Virus record (IMG/VR): IMGVR_UViG_3300033120_000461 | Span: 1 to 64,000 of that record | Length of the DNA: 64,000 nucleotides | Strand: one strand, 5' to 3' | Source of the DNA: a virus | Taxonomy: Duplodnaviria > Caudoviricetes | Shown: positions 50,601 through 57,605 of the stretch, one piece after another | Position numbering within the stretch: position 1 is the first letter of the stretch | How the letters are laid out: the number at the start of each line of letters is the position of its first letter | Made by a program: the position numbers and the translations under genes | Notes under the pieces: model-generated | The model's database searches: none | What the model was told of the DNA's origin: nothing | The model's input: only the letters and a program-made list of their open reading frames with translations

Positions 50601-52412
50601 GTACACGGGAAGTCCCGCGAGGTCCTTCCTGGGAACACTCCCAAAGAACACAAGGGAGCCTGCACCTGTCCTCTTTTGCAAAGAGACGTAAGCTGTGTCA
50701 CCAGGAACACGGTAAGGGTCTGTGGGAAGTTCGTCCTCGAAAGAGATGGGGACGACTGAGGTAACTGTCCGACCCTGCGTGAATAGGAGTACATCGCCAA
50801 TCCCGGAAGACAGTCTGCGGACGAGGCCTGAGCTTCCTGGACGTGGGGAAACAGCACCTACGACGGGTGGGTTACCAACCCCGTCAGGCACATTCAAAAT
50901 CCCTGAAGAACCAAGACCTGGAAGTGCTCCTCCATCTGGGATGAAGACCTCTACGCTCGGATCATAGCTTGTGACTGGCGTTCCTGTGGAATCTACCAGA
51001 AGAACAGGAGCTTTGAGAGGCTGAGGGTAGAGGTTGAGAGAGACTCCATCGTATCGAACAAGAGCCCCTAGGTACCCCTTATCGAAAGATGGGTTTGGGG
51101 CCAACCTTGTTCCAGGGTCTGCCTTTGAGATGTCCGCAGACGAAAGACGGATTCTGCCTGTTGAAATAGAGAATCCAACTTCGCCTTCTGAGATCACTGC
51201 TGCAAGAAGTTCAGTCTCTGTGTCAAAGGGAAGAGCTGTAAGAGGTTGTCTGTTCCCAAGCCTGATGATTGGACGCTCCCCCAAACTTGGTACTGGAGCC
51301 AAGAATAGAGAACGTGTCTTGGCTGAGAGCAAGCTTCCAACAACACCACTCGATTTCTCAAGGAAGGTGCGTGGGTTGTACCAAACTTCAAATCCTTCGT
51401 AGGCTTGGATGAAGGCAGGGTTCCAGACGATCTCCCCTGCTGCTCTACCCATCACACCAGCCAAAGGAGGGCTGGAACTTGCGAAGTTGTAGCTGGAGTT
51501 TGCGAGGTCATCCTCCACAACTAGGATGCCCGAGAAGTCACCAACGGTGCGTTCGACCACTGCATATGAGCTAGCATTGGGTGATGAACCCAGTCGGATA
51601 CTGGCGTATGAATCACCAGTATTACCTGGCAACAGACTACCAACAGGGGTTGTGGGTCTTGGGGACAGAACGTATCGAACCCCAGAGCTTGAGAGCTTTC
51701 CTAGATTGATTGGAGCCCCACCACGATAGGGCTCCCACTTTTGAGTGGCTCCATTCCATCCGAAACGAGTGGAGTACGAGTCATTACGTGTCCACCAGAA
51801 ACGGGCTGCGGAAACCCAGTACAACACCGAGACAACCGAGTCACCTCTGGACTGAGACAGAGCAGGCCCAGCTACTGGATTCGTGACAGCCAAAGTGTTG
51901 GCGGTGGGGAGAAGAGTCAGGACTCCAGATCCTGGAACAAACGAGAAGTCACCACCGATAAGAGTGTACGTGAGACTTGAGCCACCACGTTTGACCTCAA
52001 TCGCTACAATCCCTGCAATGTCTCGTCCACCATTGTCCGTGACTACGATTCGCGGAGAACCATCAGTTGAAAGTCCAGATGGGGATGCTGGATTGAAAAC
52101 TGAGAGCCCTCCCTTTGGAATAGCACCCTGACCATCATCTACAACCCAGTCAGGCCCCTCAAGGGTTGTGACTGAGCCCGTATTTGCAGCCCAAACAAGG
52201 AACTCCTGTTCGCCAAGAACTGAGTTCAGGACAGCAGAACGGTATTGATCAGCGCGTGCCTCAACAAGACCTGGACTCCCTGATGGGTAGATCGTGGAAC
52301 TCGGAGCAACAACATCCCGTGCCACACCTGAGTCTGCGGGGGCAGTCGTAGTTGCGTTTGTTTGGGATGTCTTCGCACCACGAAGAACGAAACCGTCAAA
52401 GAAGTTGGTCAC
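41613..52412 (-). CDS. Giant (3599 aa) putative virion/baseplate-associated protein
   Basis: 10.8-kb uninterrupted ORF, Gly/Pro/Ser/Val-rich with recurring beta-sandwich-like motifs. Confidence 0.85.
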   Translation of the reverse strand: MTNFFDGFVLRGAKTSQTNATTTAPADSGVARDVVAPSSTIYPSGSPGLVEARADQYRSAVLNSVLGEQEFLVWAANTGSVTTLEGPDWVVDDGQGAIPKGGLSVFNPASPSGLSTDGSPRIVVTDNGGRDIAGIVAIEVKRGGSSLTYTLIGGDFSFVPGSGVLTLLPTANTLAVTNPVAGPALSQSRGDSVVSVLYWVSAARFWWTRNDSYSTRFGWNGATQKWEPYRGGAPINLGKLSSSGVRYVLSPRPTTPVGSLLPGNTGDSYASIRLGSSPNASSYAVVERTVGDFSGILVVEDDLANSSYNFASSSPPLAGVMGRAAGEIVWNPAFIQAYEGFEVWYNPRTFLEKSSGVVGSLLSAKTRSLFLAPVPSLGERPIIRLGNRQPLTALPFDTETELLAAVISEGEVGFSISTGRIRLSSADISKADPGTRLAPNPSFDKGYLGALVRYDGVSLNLYPQPLKAPVLLVDSTGTPVTSYDPSVEVFIPDGGALPGLGSSGILNVPDGVGNPPVVGAVSPRPGSSGLVRRLSSGIGDVLLFTQGRTVTSVVPISFEDELPTDPYRVPGDTAYVSLQKRTGAGSLVFFGSVPRKDLAGLPVYFRQAEFVPSSYATRSRLISRVQDTFVLDGSEVFRFRLGATSVVWLASALGAGTFSATIIAASIQARIALAGAPGSCTQISGRVVISHTSSGLVSIGFELSGCAALGFVPGWLTSPSGDFSATDPNWIADYGGEFGFYRSPRDLDGSQPIPDVRDKYRLESRTLTGNISPVTFQFLDFAPREDIAGYDEGVFFALSAAGAPGASPIVARPLQPWEDVKYLFEEKKFAWVSSSGSTLQVQSPVAGVNLGVAGVLPESLIAPLNGFLKVSADGGPFSYLEPGVDFILVGGGTTGEAILVDQVGARFLEGSRGRFPVGSILTDVSVDFLALGVSTGDRLKIISGGDQGSYTVETVNVTSLQVSPPFLVGDEGVNVSYEVFRGVSPGLVDPAVVADVLYEEFDHLAEEPFEIRVLTNQGIGGGVLVSADAAKSIEQKRPIFVRVGQIGLDIPLRILSRKNLGVVSNGVLFVPNSGVRFTSGAFDLRIGSTLFVQGVGLLPVASFSINPVFVEYLTTTGELKFGSGVLAEYQSASVQYVETLLAGSDLASGDAEIDPDTGDLAVSAADLIVGDPIYFVEQLSVEGTTDCVVNPILGTFTFLANPIRPYQLVEVTYYRANPSTGALYLDSDNNPVRIREFLPLYIRAEVATRISSQLYSFNPTGRTADPLVSPVVYTGSKQQTYGLPLGCSVDFTRNTISLNEEVVAGTKVTISYAVFEAFGGETSYTVSAPPVWRPPFSLAKGQTSFLLDSDRTSDVVAGKALRVGAFTTYVTSSVYDALSDTTEVTVFPPTNYGAGSLNPGQNALSLISNLPIDSSFLPTLAEALGLPNTPKFEPVTQGQVEIKIEGNLTRYTVAGHLLELFGHPFAIVKGGLSSDGRTTTITVASPFPSTFEWSSTMLDSDAKISARPIYPSGATQFLGVSPFLPTEPFEVILFGELSEGGDPLPGRTLVSGKDYNATSGNGSLAFISPRQGGVRSTQKLVFSRTDTRTLSPFASKGALQYPRVSSGFLFVDPPSKQNGREGGLLQGTYTFESPDSFFVQAKSFKSYVGDVALEIQKQATASEPSLGPTLSTGEVKSNGDFGRVGISSERSNLIDKDRAARAFLGFFNSTISSFEQITETLSGELVGEKDGKLRLYVGKDDPWTPPGYEDQITGALNPRVLWFDAWTSARSGLPMIQLLTTDPVTDPLNTQVDSNGRPFGAYQDPSSFSALTGYQEILVKNDIDDVVLTTRIRTERKLSGFITFRVLSFGQFSDLSQASPFSRLFPEKTMGFTTLSPGLDGDEATGAPGVYSAGKLGLDPLGFLFGAPFSLRSTTGTTIGQLENPVLGQIQNVLGVQARDRRARARVWAYSPTGFPEVDALSSGRPSIIATPLSLVEFPILSDTGLPDTTQLASESGGPLPTGLNDLLTGSPELHTPPFAPGMQLAVGSPDGSSTELGYAGTTFPVGPESRYAGVFVDAVLKGCVITLKSKDISGADVPILDALLLLSLSSPTNGSVLNPSRGDTVFAIPGTGSVLPVTSDPPTIAELQAFTSTTPTYRTGTDLNFTARTGELTDATLPSFSDPTLFGLKEITGQHPPAPLSTLEAVVSFQNGSRLPVLFPGLKGEKTLDSGDYSLPYYGSPTNELEILGSAASLISTLVRSDSPNPPPVAPPSVPAYFTEAVFPDETLGSAGRVQTTPPSERSTLTTFEDLFRGTSSGAYPPPPGHAGVGDVNPYDLLLIQAPTGVPGVAGFPLGSTGVHSIARIQPGAPNQIDLPRFVTPVNGNLTYQVDHGIAWVAYPLYGSGIVVQEDTTLSPDETIFDLSSVGSSSIVLDDGSGGGLLPVPVGGLNDVFGTNDKGSVLWIRLINKATGQFVPGSTVRVEKISTGADILTSVFEVSGDNGVTAVPVTPGGFYFLPDRVVIKTNTPFFNFGPYNPVVGPPGTTTTSGFHDFTFSVLSNISEFATINSDRVTFQDRIDFRSALPRGFVHPFPGGSLMECQLSTRFFGATLFDTTTATLVARSNLVNDIDNINDGLPFTLPTRNLTPSVNGVGTWAAGVGSLRVLGFEGQGNIPIDATDITFTAIPSSRQDGVGPILNGTFFVGELQGPGAPFSIVGENVFIPITTHTGSLGRVQPGDVAIMKGVYDPFLVLSAPVGSGKVGTYLVRAAVESTPLDLPGHRLDLTVSVGDAGWFDFRFPTVVSMVGSDLTVSSLLPLSPLQDLNAAPVASSFAFPSSGRVFLILNESLVGSAGSAVSAAYSSLDGPGSRFLGLSGFQDAVGNPITLTAFQNAAAFGVRVSGMTILPVNVWQEGSVAQNLPGYTVWPSPPLGTEFYFGFREVTASRSSFGSVTYDAGIATLVGVPPGPAQISVYSKVKVASTSFLQLDEPVYDNIPGGLDLSNFSWTTIHGAGPACLYPNDIFELRYHAQNGLFVEPSFPVSGNDLAATRVNVVDAGHSLLTSEIGTRNISSYISGVGPSGGSLLEVGQVEVRRIRRFHDSFGALADSLRDLRFVYEIRRGIVQTFTGSGSTGVLVAQPVDTQNPPQPLVGGRATQLGDFTNSNIGIRAGDSVRFLSNLSGEVVAVAEVLVVETGRTLTLSKNALNLVGPGTRFEIYLRSAPVPHEQSCAELLELATDRILLDRPADLITQVGGSVAYVADVDPQVAYDQSVNILTDTLDFGALGIQQGDILVVDPAGPLRGPTGFAPTPERGVRPFGDTSVLPRGAPTYVPGSPHRIDDNRGYYKVLTVTPTTLGVVPLGGVLAGNRTSADAIIDGQYAVYPTVHGSLLSGGLEGQMDLRPTGYADGTNSFASNWLSIAPFAYKVIRPTTFLTEETVELILATRERMLSWMEELRGIFEAEKSGSYFVFQRDEHIADLGDTSDPLDGLGVLFDAYIAGLEGLVRESPFANSSDCLSILDRRFWGLDFRLDYLRPPFSPLDPPYADFENGVGRPTLPDRIEEALEQRDQLRNSRWAWLTVRTDRVSGTLASIRRFDEEAPRRKAEQQRLLTLVKGTEKV

Positions 52413-52461
52413 TGGCTTACATTACCCTTTTGTGTTCACCCTGTCGTTGCTGAGAGGTGAA

Positions 52462-53160
52462 TCACCGCCTTCGCCTAGCAGCTTCAGGTGGCACAGGGTT
52501 ACCATCTTCTGGATCTACAGCCCATGGCATCATGTAGTCCCTAAGGGATTCTTCCAGGTGGAGTTCAGCAAGGTCAAAAATACGACGGGCAATCAAATAC
52601 CGAAAGCCCAAGGTGGCGACCGGACGCTTTGAGGGGTCCTGCTTCCAACTCCCCTCACATGCATCCTCGTTTGGGTCCTTCTTCGACCTCAAGATCTCAA
52701 AGAATGGTTTCAAAGCCTCACATTGAGGATCCAAAGCGATCGCTCCCCCCCGCCCAATGTCAGCAGGGAGGTACCTGGCTATTGAGTCCGGAAGATTCCG
52801 GATTGCCTGACGGTTCCCGCTCTCAGTGGCTATGCTCGGGTGCTCTTTCCCCTCATAGGCTGAAATGGACCCACCATGTTCCAGTGGGATTTCGCACTGG
52901 TTCTCCAGTGCGTCTGCTGAGTCAAGGAACATGAGTGCCAAATCTCGAAGCTGATGGGATGTAAGACCCTTGGAATCATTCCCTCGGATTTCCAACTCTG
53001 TGTGGAAGGCACCAAAGGCACTGTTCTCCACAATCAACTCTGCTCGGTCCACTCTCCGTACGTCTCGAAAGATTGAGAGTTTGACACCGCTATTTCCAGT
53101 GTGGATATAGCGGGATGCGAGGCGAAGCCTTGATTCATTTTTAGACATATTAGACTCCAA
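52462..53160 (-). CDS. Hypothetical protein
   Basis: 232-aa ORF. Confidence 0.7.
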   Translation of the reverse strand: MESNMSKNESRLRLASRYIHTGNSGVKLSIFRDVRRVDRAELIVENSAFGAFHTELEIRGNDSKGLTSHQLRDLALMFLDSADALENQCEIPLEHGGSISAYEGKEHPSIATESGNRQAIRNLPDSIARYLPADIGRGGAIALDPQCEALKPFFEILRSKKDPNEDACEGSWKQDPSKRPVATLGFRYLIARRIFDLAELHLEESLRDYMMPWAVDPEDGNPVPPEAARRRR

Positions 53161-53227
53161 ATGGGTGCTCGCCGGTTGTGGTGAGTTGAACCCTTTCAGA
53201 CTCTACCTTACACCTTGCTCCAACTAC

Positions 53228-53437
53228 TCATGAAGGAATTGATTTTCCCCAGATGAGTTCAATTGATTCTTCTTGAACCTGGGCTGTTGTTCCGCGAGCA
53301 CGTTCGTCAGCGTGCTTCCTTGTGTGATAGAGACCCAACAACACCAAGTCTCGGTTCTCTGGGGTGTCTGGAAGGTGTGCAGCACCCATGAAGATGAAAA
53401 CGTTGCGGATGAATTGTTTGTCCTCAGGTTCAGTCAT
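53228..53437 (-). CDS. Hypothetical protein
   Basis: 69-aa ORF. Confidence 0.55.
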   Translation of the reverse strand: MTEPEDKQFIRNVFIFMGAAHLPDTPENRDLVLLGLYHTRKHADERARGTTAQVQEESIELIWGKSIPS

Positions 53438-53461
53438 TATGGCCTTTTTGGATAGCGACAG

Positions 53462-54064
53462 TCAGACAATGAAGGAAGTGGATGTCCCGACTGTAGAGCC
53501 TGGACCAACAGGTCCAGCAGGGGTTACAACTCCTGTCCCTGGAACTGTCACAGCAGTCTGAATGAGACTGGAAATTCCGACAGCGAGCGCGGTGTAAAGA
53601 GAAGGAAGAGCAGACCCACTACCACCTAAGGCAGATGTGGCTGCAATGTGAGCCAGCTGTATGGCAGATGCTAGGGTGCTAGGGTTTGCACTTGCTACGA
53701 AGCTTACGTCCAGACCTACTGCCACTCCTGCGGACACACCTTGATAGAGGAGTGTCCCACTGAGAGAAGTCAGAATCCCAGAACCTATGGCGGACCCGAC
53801 TTGAGCTACAGTCGCACCAGAGATACCTCCGGCTGTCAGCCCCGCAACGACAAGAGAAGGACCCCCTGTCAGTTGCAGGGTACCCAGTACCTGACCAGAC
53901 CCAACAGCACCTGTAGTCACACCCTGAATTACGATGTTACCTGGGACTACAGACCAAGTTGCGAGAGCATTACCAACAGCATCAGCCAACAAAGACCAAG
54001 TCGGGCCTCCTGGAAATGAGGAAGACCCTTGGATGGCAGCAGATATGACTGAAGCAGGAACCAT
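53462..54064 (-). CDS. Gly/Ala-rich putative structural protein
   Basis: 200 aa dominated by small residues. Confidence 0.7.
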   Translation of the reverse strand: MVPASVISAAIQGSSSFPGGPTWSLLADAVGNALATWSVVPGNIVIQGVTTGAVGSGQVLGTLQLTGGPSLVVAGLTAGGISGATVAQVGSAIGSGILTSLSGTLLYQGVSAGVAVGLDVSFVASANPSTLASAIQLAHIAATSALGGSGSALPSLYTALAVGISSLIQTAVTVPGTGVVTPAGPVGPGSTVGTSTSFIV

Positions 54065-54285
54065 CAGTCGTCTTCGTCAAGACTACCTGATTCGTCTTCT
54101 TCCTCTTCGTCAAGTTCTTCCGAGTCCTCTTCTTCGAGGTCATCGTCCTCTCTTGCGATCTCCAACAGGTTCTTGGAGAACTTCTTCAGCCACTGTTTCA
54201 GTGATCTGTCTTGCTCAGGAAGCCTCTCGATAGCTTCAGAGACTCCATTCTCCATAACCCAGATCTCAAACTCTTCACGTGTCAT
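54064..54285 (-). CDS. Small protein with an acidic tail
   Basis: EDDDLEEEDSEELDEEEEDESGSLDEDD. Confidence 0.7.
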   Translation of the reverse strand: MTREEFEIWVMENGVSEAIERLPEQDRSLKQWLKKFSKNLLEIAREDDDLEEEDSEELDEEEEDESGSLDEDD

Positions 54286-54300
54286 TCCCGTACTCCTTCT

Positions 54301-54723
54301 TCACAAGTCCCGCAGTCCCGCAGGGTTGTACTCGCCTTGTAGTGCCTTCTTGTCGCTGAGTGGTTGGATCAGCGCATCCATTTTGGAGCGGATTTCCGCT
54401 TCCACATTCTTGTGGACTGCGAAGGTATAGGCAAGAATGAAGTCCTCAGTGTCTTCAGATGGCCCACCCATTGAAATCATGGACAAATCTTCAGGAAGGT
54501 TTGTGCCTGTGTTCAAGATCTGAGGAAGTGGGGCGAAGTTATGACGATGTGTAATCCATCGGTCAATTTCACCAGAAATGAGTGGGAGCTTGGTGTTGAC
54601 ATTGTGTTCCGATGGCCACCAATGGATGGTCCAATGCCCACGATGACAGAACCCAAACAGCATCCCCGGATTCCAACCGAAAACTGCCGGGGAAAAAGCT
54701 GCAACACAGAAACGTGGCTTCAC
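54301..54723 (-). CDS. Hypothetical protein
   Basis: GTGA-coupled to the 54720-54899 gene. Confidence 0.6.
   Translation of the reverse strand: MKPRFCVAAFSPAVFGWNPGMLFGFCHRGHWTIHWWPSEHNVNTKLPLISGEIDRWITHRHNFAPLPQILNTGTNLPEDLSMISMGGPSEDTEDFILAYTFAVHKNVEAEIRSKMDALIQPLSDKKALQGEYNPAGLRDL
54349..54384. repeat. Dispersed palindromic element, copy 2
   Basis: CTTGTCGCTGAGTGGTTGGATCAGCGCATCCATTTT; 32/36 identical to 57473-57508. Confidence 0.8.
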
Positions 54724-54899
54724 TTTCGTTTCGCTTTCCGTGCCTGCTTTTCAGCTGCTTTGCGTTTCAACTCCGCTACAAGCTCTGGGCTTCGAAGAGC
54801 CTTGTCTCTTTCAGAGAGGTCCCGAGCCTTGCTTGGACGCCATCCTGCTAAAGAGGCAAGTGCCATAATGGCTGGGATCGTCATGTCTTTGTGGTTCAT
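54720..54899 (-). CDS. Small basic protein (59 aa)
   Basis: GGAGG SD; MNHKDMTIPAIMALASLAGWRPSKARD...KAKRK; below the ORF-track cutoff. Confidence 0.7.
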   Translation of the reverse strand: MNHKDMTIPAIMALASLAGWRPSKARDLSERDKALRSPELVAELKRKAAEKQARKAKRK

Positions 54900-54911
54900 G
54901 TGGATTTCCTC

Positions 54912-55193
54912 CTACCTCAGACCTCGGAGAAGTCGTTCAGCACGTTCTGGGGTTCTCTCTTCAACAATGTCTGCGAGATCTTGTCTCTCGGCCACAAAAT
55001 CATCCTTGTGGCCTCCTGTAATCGTGAGGAGTGCAAGTAGCGCTGATGTTGGTAGGGTCGCTCTTTTGGCATCACAGAGCAACTCCCTCACCTCTTCAAT
55101 GTGCCCTTCAGTGAGTCTGGGACGGACGGTTTGGTACAGCAAGTCTAATGCCTGATCGGTATTACCCGTCTCAAACAGACCCGCAGCGACCAT
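54912..55193 (-). CDS. Hypothetical helical protein
   Basis: TDQALDLLY...LLALLTIT...PERAERLLRGLR; ends in TAG. Confidence 0.65.
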   Translation of the reverse strand: MVAAGLFETGNTDQALDLLYQTVRPRLTEGHIEEVRELLCDAKRATLPTSALLALLTITGGHKDDFVAERQDLADIVEERTPERAERLLRGLR

Positions 55194-55204
55194 GACCACA
55201 TCCT

Positions 55205-55387
55205 TCACTTGATGAGTCCAAGTGGCCACCACCGAGCAATTTCTTCATCAATGTGAGCCTTGGGTGTGTTGAACATATGCATGTCCACTGGAAACGGCCC
55301 GTGGCGGAAAAGCCGTGATGGGTTGGAGTCCAGAGAACCAAAGCACTGACCCTCACGCCAGAGGGTCACCTTGTACTTGGTGGTCAC
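55205..55387 (-). CDS. Hypothetical protein
   Basis: 60 aa, coupled. Confidence 0.55.
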   Translation of the reverse strand: MTTKYKVTLWREGQCFGSLDSNPSRLFRHGPFPVDMHMFNTPKAHIDEEIARWWPLGLIK

Positions 55388-55869
55388 TTGGTGGGAACTT
55401 CCGTGGCCGGAGCTACCATGGACCAGGGGTCTATGGGTTCATTGGAGATGGCCATGTAGATCTGGTGGTTTACGAAGGAGAGTTCTTCACGGCCCGCCCC
55501 GCTCTTCAAAAGCTGGTCTCTCTTGGCTTCCAGTTGTTTCCGCTTTGAGGTGTCTGTGGTGTTCATGGTGTTCTCCACCCCTGTAACGGGTAGGGCCTCC
55601 TCTTTTACCTCAGCCCACTCAATGTCCTGTATCAAGCCATCCATGTCTTGAGGTTCAAATGGCTTGCTCCCCCATTCTCCCCCGACCCCGGACCCTTTGA
55701 TGTGCGCTCCGATTTGAACAGGCTGCTCATTCCAGTCATGGGGATTGATGTTCGTGATGTTCTTCACATGGAGGATTTGAGATGCCTCCTCGCGTGAAGT
55801 TGCAATGATCGCAACGCATCCGGTGCTTCCGAAATCAATCGAGTAGAGAAAGAGTTTGGGGAGGGTCAT
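55384..55869 (-). CDS. Hypothetical protein
   Basis: 161 aa, coupled. Confidence 0.65.
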   Translation of the reverse strand: MTLPKLFLYSIDFGSTGCVAIIATSREEASQILHVKNITNINPHDWNEQPVQIGAHIKGSGVGGEWGSKPFEPQDMDGLIQDIEWAEVKEEALPVTGVENTMNTTDTSKRKQLEAKRDQLLKSGAGREELSFVNHQIYMAISNEPIDPWSMVAPATEVPTK

Positions 55870-56246
55870 TTTGCTGCTTTTGTGTGAGCGTCAACATTGA
55901 GGTAAGTTTTTGAAGCGAGACGCATCCCAAAGTAGACGGCATTGTTCACTGAGGCCTCATAGAAGTCCTCTGAGGTAAGAAAGCGACCAAGCTTACGTTC
56001 GAGACACCCAAAGTGAAGATGTCCTTTACGGTCAGGCATTGCAGCAAGCCAAACCCTATCCTCTACCATGTAAACCTCTCGAACCTCTCCCCCACAATGA
56101 ACGCAAGTACGAGCCGAATGAGAACCTCTACGGGTCAGTACATCGATCAGAAATTCCAGTTCTGGCCCACCGAGTCTGTCTTGCTCCTTGCGCAACCAAA
56201 CGATCACTTCATCCAGCTTATCCCCAATTCGGAAGTTCTGAGTCAC
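55866..56246 (-). CDS. Hypothetical protein with a zinc-binding motif
   Basis: CVHCG...YMVEDRVW...LHFGCLERKLGRFL. Confidence 0.7.
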   Translation of the reverse strand: MTQNFRIGDKLDEVIVWLRKEQDRLGGPELEFLIDVLTRRGSHSARTCVHCGGEVREVYMVEDRVWLAAMPDRKGHLHFGCLERKLGRFLTSEDFYEASVNNAVYFGMRLASKTYLNVDAHTKAAK

Positions 56247-56253
56247 CTTGACC

Positions 56254-56640
56254 CTACGCCCGACACTTGTTCGCTTCGTACTTTTGGAGTCGCTCTTTCA
56301 GGTACTCCAACTGAATGCGGCTGGGTTGAACGACCTGTTCGACCTCTTGGATCATGGCGCGATAGAACAGGACCATCCGACCATTCCGCTTCTGCGTCTC
56401 GATCGCCTGCACTGCTGGTTGATTCGCGAACAGGTCCCCTACGGAAAAGACTGGCTCTCCTGTTGTTTGAAGAACCAGAGCGTCTCGCTCCCTCTCCATA
56501 CAGGCAATCTTGTCCTGAGCCTCCATCTTCGCCTTCATAGCGTTTTCCAGATCACTATTCAGTGCCCTGATTTTCTGGATCAGTTCATCTCGGCTCATAT
56601 CAACCAGGAACTCAGAATTTTTTACGTATTTCTGCATCAC
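56254..56640 (-). CDS. Coiled-coil hypothetical protein
   Basis: 128 aa; ends in TAG. Confidence 0.65.
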   Translation of the reverse strand: MMQKYVKNSEFLVDMSRDELIQKIRALNSDLENAMKAKMEAQDKIACMERERDALVLQTTGEPVFSVGDLFANQPAVQAIETQKRNGRMVLFYRAMIQEVEQVVQPSRIQLEYLKERLQKYEANKCRA

Positions 56641-56649
56641 AATCCTCTT

Positions 56650-57144
56650 TCAGTTGCTAGAAACTGAGGTGGGCTTCTTAGTCTTCCGAGTCCCTTTCTT
56701 AGGGGCTGCGGCCTTGGGGGCTTTGTTGAACTCTTCTGTCTGGTAGGCCTTTTCCAGATCTGGGTTCTCAAATGGAACCTCCAACCCACCTCCAGATACT
56801 TGGTAGCGGAAGTCCGAAAACCACTGTTCCAAGAGATACATGAAGGCAGCCGTCTTGTGTTCGTGCTTGAGACCGAAGTTCATCAACACAACCTTGAGGG
56901 CGTACCAAGCCGCAGTCCCATCCACACCATCACGTGGGAGAAGAGCTAGATTGTGCCCCTCAAGACCCTTGTAAAACCAATTGGTGAAGAGGTTGTAGGC
57001 TCGGCTGGTGGATCCGTAGCTATGGGACTTGTACTGTTCTGGAACGTCTTTCATGGGAGGTACCCATGCAATCCCAGCAGCAAAAGCACAGTTGACCCCA
57101 ACCAGATTTGGTACAGGGAAGGGAGTGATTGTAACCTCAGTCAC
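56650..57144 (-). CDS. Phage hypothetical protein
   Basis: WFYKGL...PRDGVD...FGLKHEHKTAAFMYLLEQWF. Confidence 0.75.
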   Translation of the reverse strand: MTEVTITPFPVPNLVGVNCAFAAGIAWVPPMKDVPEQYKSHSYGSTSRAYNLFTNWFYKGLEGHNLALLPRDGVDGTAAWYALKVVLMNFGLKHEHKTAAFMYLLEQWFSDFRYQVSGGGLEVPFENPDLEKAYQTEEFNKAPKAAAPKKGTRKTKKPTSVSSN

Positions 57145-57464
57145 TTGTCTTCTTCCTCGTTGAGTGCGTTGTCACCAAGTCTTGTCATGGTGACCTGAAT
57201 CTCGGTGATGGCATCTTGAGCCATTGTCAGATCTGATCCTTGAAGAGCAGAAGGGGCTTCAAGACCATATTTGAAAGCGTCAATGGCCACTAGAAGCTGG
57301 TCTAGTGCATTGGTGTTCGCCACTACAGATTCCACCTCCCGAGCCATGGCTCGGATCAGGGGGCCATCTGTGGATTTCTCTTTGTCTCGTTGAGAAGCCT
57401 CCTCATACAGCCAACGGAGAAGTCGTCGACGATCGGTGAAATCGATCTCTGCCCACTTCTTCAT
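57141..57464 (-). CDS. Hypothetical protein
   Basis: Start moved to ATG 57464 (MKKWAEIDF); the track's upstream extension is the tandem palindrome. Confidence 0.6.
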   Translation of the reverse strand: MKKWAEIDFTDRRRLLRWLYEEASQRDKEKSTDGPLIRAMAREVESVVANTNALDQLLVAIDAFKYGLEAPSALQGSDLTMAQDAITEIQVTMTRLGDNALNEEEDK

Positions 57465-57472
57465 TTCGAATC

Positions 57473-57537
57473 CTTGTTGCTGAGAGATTGGATCAGCACA
57501 TCCATTTTCTTGTTGCTGAGGGATTGAGTCAGCACAC
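57473..57537. repeat. Dispersed palindromic element, tandem copies 3 and 4 (36-nt period)
   Basis: CTTGTTGCTGAGAGATTGGATCAGCACA (57473) and CTTGTTGCTGAGGGATTGAGTCAGCACA (57509), 25/28 identical. Confidence 0.85.
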
Positions 57538-57605
57538 ACGTCTTGAAAGAATGAAACCATTTGAGTGCCTCTTGCTGAGGGGGTAACGATCCTCTCAGGG
57601 TCTTT

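Noticed and set aside
12376-52131. Many 60-200-aa antisense or off-frame ORFs within the large structural genes
   Set aside because: No motifs or ribosome-binding sites; expected shadow ORFs at about 50% GC.
53161-53227. tRNA-like GGGTTCAACTC and GGTGTAA motifs on the minus strand
   Set aside because: No T stem or acceptor stem can be paired, and the segment is too short.
57473-57537. Mini-CRISPR array
   Set aside because: Only two units separated by 8 nt with no spacer-length unique sequence, and no cas genes.
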